IMG/VR virus record: IMGVR_UViG_3300000756_000016
Coordinates: 1-51,793 of that record
Strand: one strand, 5' to 3'
Source: a virus
Taxonomy: Duplodnaviria; Caudoviricetes
Length of the DNA: 51,793 nt
Part shown: positions 1-6,136 of the stretch, in pieces
Numbering within the stretch: position 1 is the stretch's first letter
Layout: each line of letters opens with the position of its first letter
The notes under the pieces: model-generated
What the model was told of the DNA's origin: nothing
The model's database searches: none
The model's input: only the letters and a program-made list of their open reading frames with translations
Program-made: the position numbers and the translations under genes

Positions 1-13
1 GTTAGGTTAAGGA

Positions 14-74
14 GTGGACACTTTCTAAACTGTCACAAGGCCCCTAGACCGGCTTGGGCTCCCGGTGGTATCTT
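14..74 (+). promoter_or_regulatory. Putative early promoter with upstream imperfect dyad
   Basis: Dyad GTGGACACTT-tcta-AACTGTCAC at 14-36, then TAGACC (45-50), an 18-nt spacer ending TGg, and TATCTT (69-74), upstream of the ATG at 101. Confidence 0.45.
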
Positions 75-100
75 TAGGGAGTCAATCACCCGGCCCGATC

Positions 101-829
101 ATGCTTTACTTTTCAAAAGGCAATGCTAAGCTCACCCGCCGCCTGATTTTCTCACTGCCTGCCGGTAAAACCTGCCCGGGCGCTAACCTTTGCAAATCTA
201 TGGCAATTCTAGAATCTAACGGCAAGCGCACAATTCAGGACGGAAAAAATACTTTGTTCCGTTGTTTCGCTGCATCTTCAGAGGTGCAATATGATCAGGT
301 TTTTAACAATCGGGCAGACAATCTGTCAATGATTGTTAATGCTTTGCAGGATGGATCTGCTGCTGATCTTATCAACAATTCAATCCAACATCATCGCACA
401 AAATCTATCGAACTGGTGAGGATTCACGAGTCTGGTGATTTCTTTTCTGGTGTATATTTGGATGCTTGGATAGAAGTTGCACAGCGCAATCCTGACCTAA
501 AGTTTTATGCTTATACCAAAAGTTTGCAGTTGTTTCTATACCTGAAACTGCCAACAAACTTCTATATTACTGCATCTAAGGGTGGCAAGTTCGATCATCT
601 AATTGATAACTTCAAACGCTATTCTGTTGTGGTTGCTGATGATCAGGAGGCAGAATCTCTGGGGTTAAGTGTAGATCATGATGATTCACACTGCTTTGGT
701 GATAAGCCTTTTGCCCTACTTGTTCATGGTACGCAACCTAAAGGCAGTGCATTAGGCGCTGCTATTAGACAACGAAGGGCACAAGGTCTTCACGCTGGTT
801 ATAATCAGAAAAACAAAGTAGCAGCGTAG
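101..829 (+). CDS. GP88-family-like protein (Cys-motif, possibly Fe-S/radical-SAM-like fold)
   Basis: Likely start is ATG 101 within ORF 65..829. Motifs SKGNAKL, FSLPAGKTCPGANLC, CFA, RIHESGDFFS and FYAYTKS resemble phage gene product 88-like proteins. Confidence 0.65.
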   Translation: MLYFSKGNAKLTRRLIFSLPAGKTCPGANLCKSMAILESNGKRTIQDGKNTLFRCFAASSEVQYDQVFNNRADNLSMIVNALQDGSAADLINNSIQHHRTKSIELVRIHESGDFFSGVYLDAWIEVAQRNPDLKFYAYTKSLQLFLYLKLPTNFYITASKGGKFDHLIDNFKRYSVVVADDQEAESLGLSVDHDDSHCFGDKPFALLVHGTQPKGSALGAAIRQRRAQGLHAGYNQKNKVAA

Positions 830-840
830 AGTATACTTTA

Positions 841-869
841 GGGGGGGGGCAATCGCCTCCCTTTTTTTA
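841..869 (+). terminator. Rho-independent terminator
   Basis: G-run/GGC-aatc-GCCTCCC stem followed by T7, directly after the stop at 829. Confidence 0.75.
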
Positions 870-885
870 TACTTAGTGACCCCCT

Positions 886-953
886 GTGCCAGTTGGCGAA
901 CTGGCCCCATTCTGTCAGACTGCCACCCCATTGGCCCCCCTATGCTGTAGGAT
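886..953 (+). promoter_or_regulatory. Putative early promoter region with dyad
   Basis: GTGCCAGTT-ggcg-AACTGGC dyad at 886-905 and a -10-like TAGGAT (948-953) followed by TAGGG, the same layout as the element at 14-79. Confidence 0.4.
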
Positions 954-1002
954 TAGGGCATCGGAAGGGAAAACCACTTCAACCCCACCGATACCTAAAA
1001 CC

Positions 1003-1347
1003 ATGCCTAAGCCCGCATCCTACGATCTGCCCGCCGCCATCGTATCAGACACCATCGAACACCTTATGGGAGCACTAGCGACCACCGATAAGATTCTAAA
1101 GGAAACTGAAGCAGAATCTAAGCGGCTTCGTGATGAATTGGCGGCCATTATGGTTGCCGCTGATGTAACCTCAGAGCGTACTTGCTGGGGGTTAGTATCA
1201 CTAACCTCCCGTGATAAAGTTACCTACAGCGATGCAATCGCCTGCCTTGAGATAGATCTTAAGGCTGCTAAGTCTAAGGAAGTTGCAACTGGGGCCGCTA
1301 AAGTTGCAGAGGGTGAAAAGTTCATTCGAGTAACTTGGACCCGCTAA
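1003..1347 (+). CDS. Hypothetical protein (coiled coil followed by beta strands)
   Basis: Likely start is ATG 1003 within ORF 886..1347, giving 114 aa. The upstream extension overlaps the promoter dyad. Confidence 0.65.
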   Translation: MPKPASYDLPAAIVSDTIEHLMGALATTDKILKETEAESKRLRDELAAIMVAADVTSERTCWGLVSLTSRDKVTYSDAIACLEIDLKAAKSKEVATGAAKVAEGEKFIRVTWTR

Positions 1348-1357
1348 GTTACATCTA

Positions 1358-1375
1358 GGGGGCAGCAATGCCCCC
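1358..1375 (+). other. GC hairpin with GCAA tetraloop (no U-tail)
   Basis: GGGGGCA-gcaa-TGCCCCC in the intergenic gap. Confidence 0.6.
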
Positions 1376-1411
1376 ACTATTTCACACCTTCCCACTGCAC
1401 TAACTACTTCA

Positions 1412-1609
1412 ATGGCAACCGTATTAACCGGTGAAGCTATCACTAAGTTTAGAACCCGTGTTCTACTACTTGCGCTAAGATTAGAGTGTCAGGGTATCAA
1501 ACGTAGAGGCCCCAGTGCATACTCTATCATAAAGGCAGAGTATAACTTAACCGGCAATCGGTTAAGTGTATTGAACCAACTCGAATCTATCCTGGAGAAT
1601 CATGTTTAA
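1412..1609 (+). CDS. Hypothetical small protein
   Basis: 65-aa ORF with ATG start, co-oriented with neighbours and overlapping the start of the next ORF. Confidence 0.65.
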   Translation: MATVLTGEAITKFRTRVLLLALRLECQGIKRRGPSAYSIIKAEYNLTGNRLSVLNQLESILENHV

Positions 1610-1733
1610 GATTCGCTACTTTGCTCCCTATGGGGGAGGCTGGAGAGTGCAGTCATTCTCAACACTTAAGGAGGCAGAATCTATGATTAGATTCTATCAA
1701 TCCTGCGGCTCTCAGTGTTACCTTATGGCATAG
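1602..1733 (+). CDS. Small hypothetical protein (43 aa; not in ORF track)
   Basis: Read manually: MFKIRYFAPYGGGWRVQSFSTLKEAESMIRFYQSCGSQCYLMA*, with a GGAG RBS just upstream. Resembles small cyanophage early ORFs with an FYxSCGS motif. Confidence 0.65.
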   Translation: MFKIRYFAPYGGGWRVQSFSTLKEAESMIRFYQSCGSQCYLMA

Positions 1734-1749
1734 GAGTTAGGTATACTTA

Positions 1750-1771
1750 GGGGGGCCGAAGCCCCCCCCTT
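1750..1771 (+). terminator. GC hairpin / possible terminator
   Basis: GGGGGGC-cgaa-GCCCCCC followed only by CCTT, downstream of the stop at 1733. Confidence 0.45.
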
Positions 1772-1960
1772 GTCAACCCCTTGATTGATCAGCAGTCCTT
1801 ATGAGTCAAAAGGACAGTATAAGGCGCCCTTATGTGCCGCCGGGGCGGCCCCCCTGCCGGTTAAAAACGATGGGTCCCTCTAACCTACAAAACTTTGAAA
1901 TCGACCTCTATATAACTCGAAGAACAAAAAATTTCCCCATAAAAATTTTGCCCAGGGGGG

Positions 1961-1989
1961 TTGACACCTCATAAGATTTCAACTAAACT
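1961..1989 (+). promoter_or_regulatory. Sigma70-type promoter
   Basis: TTGACA (1961-1966), 17 nt, TAAACT (1984-1989), with UP-element-like A/T tracts upstream. Confidence 0.7.
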
Positions 1990-2008
1990 CAGATTTTCTC
2001 AAAGAACT

Positions 2009-2410
2009 ATGAAACTCTTTATCACTGCCTATAAGACTCCAACCTGTTGGGTGTTTGACCATGAGCATCAGAACACAAGGGATGAGGCTCTCTGTAATGG
2101 AACAGAGACTGTAATTGACTGGTACTATGAGGTTGTAGAGGGTAGACCTGCAAGTGTGGGTGATGAGATCAACTTCTACTTGAACACTGATAAGTTTGTA
2201 GAGGCAACAACTCAGATTAATTTGATTGAAACCGATTCCGCTGGTTCCTACTACATGGATCAGTTTTCTCAGATGAAGCTCTGGTTGTGTCCCTGGTTGC
2301 AGGGATACTTTGGAGAAGTTCCTCAGAGACTTTATATTCAGTGTTCTTCAGTGGACAAGACTATGAGTGAAGAGGAGTTAGATGACATTATGGAGTATAT
2401 TCATAAATAA
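2009..2410 (+). CDS. DUF6717-like hypothetical protein
   Basis: Likely start is ATG 2009. Motifs YKxxxxWVFD and LWLCPWLQGYFGEVPQRLY. Confidence 0.55.
   Translation: MKLFITAYKTPTCWVFDHEHQNTRDEALCNGTETVIDWYYEVVEGRPASVGDEINFYLNTDKFVEATTQINLIETDSAGSYYMDQFSQMKLWLCPWLQGYFGEVPQRLYIQCSSVDKTMSEEELDDIMEYIHK
2402..2409 (+). promoter_or_regulatory. T4-type late promoter (CATAAATA)
   Basis: Variant of the TATAAATA gp55 box, 22 nt upstream of GTG 2432. Confidence 0.6.
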
Positions 2411-2431
2411 TTGAAAGCCCCCCCTATAGAC

Positions 2432-3499
2432 GTGAAGACCTTTCAAGAATTTGTAGATATAGTAGAGAAGTACTACGAACCAGATCAACCCTTACCATCG
2501 GGAAAGACTCCCTATGGTAAGGCAACCTCTTCATACTATAGACAGAGGGGGGAATTTAAAAGAAGTCCAAATAGAACCACAGATCAAGCCTTTAGAATAG
2601 CGAAGCAGGGTGGCTCAGGAAGAAGTGCCGCAGCTCGTGGTGCAGATAATCCAGAATTTGATTCAAAACCTGATCCCAGTGGTAGATATGACATAGAGAC
2701 TGATACAGATTATAAAATGACAGTAAGAGATAAAAAGAATAATACTCAAATGCGAGTAAGACAAAAGGATTCGATTGCTCCAGGTGGAAAACCAGTCTAT
2801 GATGTTGAGTGGTATAATACTAACAGAAGTAAGGACTATAATCCAGGAGAAGCAAGAGCTATAACCAGAGATGTTGGTAATATGTTTAAAAATCAAGTTG
2901 CTCCACGTCTTCCAAGTAACTCAGTTTTAACTAACTTTCCTATCACTAATGATACCAGTGAGCGAAATACAAGAGCAAAACTCTATTCAAAGGTTGCAGG
3001 TTTTGGTAAAGTTGGAATGCAGGGAAGACAGTACGCTGCAGTAGGTCGTCCACCTTCACCCAGACAAGCAGCAAAGGGTGTTCAGCGTATTACTCCGCTG
3101 TCTGGTAACCTAGATCCAGAATACGCAACATCAAGAGAAATGGATGATACCTTTAAATCTTATCATAAATCTGCACGGTATTATGGAGCACAAAGTAAGG
3201 CAACAGGAAAACCAAGAACAATTGCTCCTGCAAAGCCTTCCAGACCGACTACCAATCGGATTTCCAATCAAGCAGTGAAGGCATTAAAAGCAACTCCAAG
3301 AATGACGGCACCAGCACTTCCTACCGCAACCTCTGCTACACCAAAGGTGGCATCTCCAGGTTCCTCAATGCTCTCAAAGGCTCTTTCAATCAAGCCTCCT
3401 AAGTTCACCATCCGTGGTGGCGGAAAGGCTGCTCTTGCTGCTGGACTTGTATCTGCCGGTGTTGGAGCACTTTCCTCAATGTATTCAAAGAAGAAGTAG
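2432..3499 (+). CDS. Probable internal head (ejected) protein with capsid-targeting-like N-terminus
   Basis: GTG 2432 gives MKTFQEFVDIVE, similar to the T4 internal-protein CTS. The protein is basic and low-complexity, has a C-terminal hydrophobic helix and follows a late promoter. Confidence 0.55.
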   Translation: MKTFQEFVDIVEKYYEPDQPLPSGKTPYGKATSSYYRQRGEFKRSPNRTTDQAFRIAKQGGSGRSAAARGADNPEFDSKPDPSGRYDIETDTDYKMTVRDKKNNTQMRVRQKDSIAPGGKPVYDVEWYNTNRSKDYNPGEARAITRDVGNMFKNQVAPRLPSNSVLTNFPITNDTSERNTRAKLYSKVAGFGKVGMQGRQYAAVGRPPSPRQAAKGVQRITPLSGNLDPEYATSREMDDTFKSYHKSARYYGAQSKATGKPRTIAPAKPSRPTTNRISNQAVKALKATPRMTAPALPTATSATPKVASPGSSMLSKALSIKPPKFTIRGGGKAALAAGLVSAGVGALSSMYSKKK

Positions 3500-3514
3500 T
3501 TATACCCCCCCAGT

Positions 3515-3546
3515 AAAAAAACCCCAGATTTCTCTGGGGTTTTTTT
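3515..3546. terminator. Bidirectional rho-independent terminator
   Basis: A7-CCCCAGA-tttc-TCTGGGG-T7 between convergent genes. Confidence 0.9.
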
Positions 3547-3862
3547 ATGCTATAGATTTACTAGATTTTGTTTCTACAATTTGACCCACCCAGGCCTCAG
3601 ACATACCAAGCATGATCTGTTCTGCTGAATGCTTGTCAGAGGCAAATCCTTCACCTATAAGATAATCTAATACAATCTCATAGGAGTCCTTTATAGATGT
3701 AATAGGTTGACCCTTCTTTCTCTGAGGAAGTGCCGAAGGAGGAGCCTTCTTCACTCCGCCAGGAGTTGGAGATTGACCAACCTCAGCGACCTCCTCTGTG
3801 AGTACATTGCTATAGACCTCACTATAGGCATCTATGAGGGTGGTAAGCTCTTGTGGCGTCAT
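3545..3862 (-). CDS. Hypothetical cyanophage-type protein (AYxxVY ... YLxxEG[FY]A ... IMxxMSExW family)
   Basis: 105-aa minus-strand ORF with a CTAAATA late box upstream (3891-3897) and the terminator downstream. Confidence 0.7.
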   Translation of the reverse strand: MTPQELTTLIDAYSEVYSNVLTEEVAEVGQSPTPGGVKKAPPSALPQRKKGQPITSIKDSYEIVLDYLIGEGFASDKHSAEQIMLGMSEAWVGQIVETKSSKSIA

Positions 3863-3890
3863 TTCTTTCTTTTATACGGTTATCTGAATA

Positions 3891-3931
3891 TATTTAGCCT
3901 ACTTGACAGCTCTAAATAAGCGTGATATAAT
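3891..3931. promoter_or_regulatory. Composite divergent promoter: minus-strand late box, plus-strand sigma70 promoter and plus-strand late box
   Basis: Minus CTAAATA at 3891-3897; plus TTGACA 3903-3908, 17 nt, TGa-TATAAT 3926-3931; plus CTAAATA 3912-3918 inside the spacer. Confidence 0.8.
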
Positions 3932-3954
3932 TAACAAGCAGTCTTTCAATAATT

Positions 3955-4698
3955 ATGACTAAAGGATTTACTGTTAAAGCAACTGAGCCTGTGAAGCAAG
4001 ATGAATTTGATCTTGATGAGGCAAAACAACTGGTGCAGGGAAAATCGATTGTCTTCTGTCTACCCGGACGAGGATGTTCCTACACCTTTCTAAAGAACTT
4101 CGTACAACTCTGCTTCGATCTTGTGCAGTGTGGTGCAAGTATTCAAATCTCTCAGGACTATTCGTCCATGGTAAACTTTGCCCGATGCAAGTGTCTCGGT
4201 GCAAACGTTCTACGTGGACCAAATCAGGTTCCCTGGGATGGAAAACTTGAATATGACTATCAACTCTGGATCGATAGTGATATTGTCTTCAATACAGAGG
4301 GCTTCTTCAGGCTTCTGGTAATGGATAAGGATATCGCCGCTGGTTGGTATGCAACTGAAGATGGTCACACCACGTCAGTAGCTCACTGGCTCTCCGAGGA
4401 AGAATTCCGAAAGAATCGTGGTGTTATGAATCATGAAACTGTTGAGTCAATACAGAAGCGTAAGAAGCCCTTCACTGTGGACTATACCGGCTTTGGTTGG
4501 GTACTGATCAAGAAGGGAGTCTTTGAATCCCTCACATATCCCTGGTTTGCTCCTCAGATGCAGATCTTTGAATCTGGCGAGGTTCAGGATATGTGTGGTG
4601 AAGATGTATCCTTCTGTCTAGATGCAATCAAGGCAGGATTCCAGATCTGGTGCAATCCCGTCATTCGTGTTGGACATGAAAAGACCAGAGTTATCTGA
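3955..4698 (+). CDS. GT-A fold glycosyltransferase-like protein (GT2-like)
   Basis: DxD motif (WIDSDI), TGFGWVLIKKGVFE, GEDVSFC and terminal VGHEK. Confidence 0.7.
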   Translation: MTKGFTVKATEPVKQDEFDLDEAKQLVQGKSIVFCLPGRGCSYTFLKNFVQLCFDLVQCGASIQISQDYSSMVNFARCKCLGANVLRGPNQVPWDGKLEYDYQLWIDSDIVFNTEGFFRLLVMDKDIAAGWYATEDGHTTSVAHWLSEEEFRKNRGVMNHETVESIQKRKKPFTVDYTGFGWVLIKKGVFESLTYPWFAPQMQIFESGEVQDMCGEDVSFCLDAIKAGFQIWCNPVIRVGHEKTRVI

Positions 4699-4912
4699 TC
4701 GCTTTGCGATTTATGTAGGAGAAACCCTACACTCAAATGATCTATCCTATGAGGAGATGGGAAATACTCTTCTCACTCTCGCAGAGGATTACTATCAGAT
4801 GGGAGAACCAGACCCAAAAACCATTGAAGTTAAGATACTAGGAGAAGACTATGGCAAAGAGACCATCCCCAACGGGATCGAAGGAGATTCAGAAGCATCC
4901 GAAGACCTCTAG
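4676..4912 (+). CDS. Hypothetical acidic protein
   Basis: Likely start is ATG 4676 within ORF 4622..4912. Its 3' end overlaps the next small ORF. Confidence 0.5.
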   Translation: MKRPELSDRFAIYVGETLHSNDLSYEEMGNTLLTLAEDYYQMGEPDPKTIEVKILGEDYGKETIPNGIEGDSEASEDL

Positions 4913-4991
4913 ACAGGGGGAGGGTAAAAGTACTAAATATAGTGCAACCTCTCGCAACAAGGCACGAAAGCCTTATAGGGGACAAGGATGA
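4851..4991 (+). CDS. Small very basic protein (46 aa; not in ORF track)
   Basis: GGAG RBS. MAKRPSPTGSKEIQKHPKTSRQGEGKSTKYSATSRNKARKPYRGQG*. The stop overlaps the next ATG (ATGA). Confidence 0.7.
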   Translation: MAKRPSPTGSKEIQKHPKTSRQGEGKSTKYSATSRNKARKPYRGQG

Positions 4992-5473
4992 ATGATCGGG
5001 AAGCAAGTATTCACAAGTGGATTAAGAGAATCTCTAAGATTCGACCAGAACTAGGCAATCTCGCCACATGTCCCTTTGCTTCCACAGCAACCTTCAAGAT
5101 TGTAGAAACAACTATTGACGATATCGAACCAATTGTGGATTTCGATGTCGTCATTTTTATTGTCGAAGACAACCTATCCCTTCACGACATCAATCAATGG
5201 GTTGATATATACAATAAAGTCTATCCGAAGTATATCTTCCTTGAGGATTGTAAGACATATGATACCTTTATAGGAGAGGTTCAGACCAACAATGGTCTCT
5301 ACAATCTGGTCCTATGTCAGTCCAGAGAGAAGCTTAGAAGGGCTCGTGAGCAGTTAGCCACAACCGAGTACTATGACCACTGGAAGGATTCCTATCTTCA
5401 GGAGATTCTCGGAGAGGACTATGACCTTATAGCGAGGGATAGAAACCCCCATAAAAGTTCTGAGTACTTATAG
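4988..5473 (+). CDS. Hypothetical protein (W...CPFA motif, weakly DUF1415-like)
   Basis: 161-aa ORF translationally coupled to the upstream ORF, with a CTAAATA box at 4933-4939. Confidence 0.6.
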   Translation: MNDREASIHKWIKRISKIRPELGNLATCPFASTATFKIVETTIDDIEPIVDFDVVIFIVEDNLSLHDINQWVDIYNKVYPKYIFLEDCKTYDTFIGEVQTNNGLYNLVLCQSREKLRRAREQLATTEYYDHWKDSYLQEILGEDYDLIARDRNPHKSSEYL

Positions 5474-5488
5474 AATAGGAGAAGTCTT

Positions 5489-5701
5489 ATGGCAAGGTAT
5501 CATGTAGATAGAGATGTGTCTTATATGAGGATGATGTGGGGCACTACGAGCCTTATAACTGATTATGTGGCTAGCGGCCCCGCCTTCGCTCTAGATAAGA
5601 AGTTTAAAGCCCAAGAATTGAAGCATAAGCAGATTCGCAACGATGATGACTATGATGACTGGGAGTATGGAACAGAACCCTGCTATGGAAAATCTTGGTA
5701 G
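5489..5701 (+). CDS. Conserved-type cyanophage hypothetical protein
   Basis: AGGAG RBS; motifs YMxxMWGTTSL and DDYDDWEYGTEP. Confidence 0.65.
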   Translation: MARYHVDRDVSYMRMMWGTTSLITDYVASGPAFALDKKFKAQELKHKQIRNDDDYDDWEYGTEPCYGKSW

Positions 5702-5708
5702 AAGATAC

Positions 5709-5716
5709 TATAAATA
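5709..5716 (+). promoter_or_regulatory. T4-type late promoter
   Basis: Exact TATAAATA upstream of gp25. Confidence 0.85.
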
Positions 5717-5734
5717 ATCAAAAATACTTTATAG

Positions 5735-6136
5735 ATGGCGGTAAAAATTTCTAGAGGCTTTAAGGATTTTAGCCTATCCTTCAAGAAACATCCAATTACC
5801 AATGATCTCATTGTTCTTACAAATGAGAGTGCAATTAAGAATGCCGTCATTAATTTAATTCGAACTAGAGTTGGGGAGAAATTCTTCAACTCTAATATTG
5901 GAACAAACGTCAATAATTCTATCTTTGAACTACAGTCAGTTGCAATTGCGATTCAACTTGAGAATGAAATTAACCAGGTTCTTAAGAACTATGAGCCAAG
6001 AATTTTTGTAAACGATATAAGGATTGTGTTTCCGGAGGATAGTAATGAGATTTCTATCAGTATCGACTACGATATTATAGGTATTCCTGCAACAACACAA
6101 CAGCTAACTACCATACTAAAACCCACTAGAGTATAA
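5735..6136 (+). CDS. g25: Baseplate wedge subunit gp25
   Basis: FKDFSLSF..HP, NESAIKNAVINL.RT..GE, NYEPRI; first gene of the baseplate cluster. Confidence 0.9.
   Translation: MAVKISRGFKDFSLSFKKHPITNDLIVLTNESAIKNAVINLIRTRVGEKFFNSNIGTNVNNSIFELQSVAIAIQLENEINQVLKNYEPRIFVNDIRIVFPEDSNEISISIDYDIIGIPATTQQLTTILKPTRV

Noticed and set aside
886-1002. N-terminal extension of ORF 886..1347, and ORFs 893..1078 and 1201..1443
   Set aside because: The extension and 893..1078 run through the promoter dyad region, ATG 1003 is a better start, and the minus ORF is a shadow.
1734-1960. Possible tRNA or CRISPR array in the hairpin-rich intergenic region
   Set aside because: No cloverleaf, T-loop GTTC motif or CCA arrangement, and no regularly spaced direct repeats.
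1961-2008. TTG start at 1961 for the DUF6717-like gene
   Set aside because: That TTG is the -35 box (TTGACA); ATG 2009 lies downstream of the predicted TSS.
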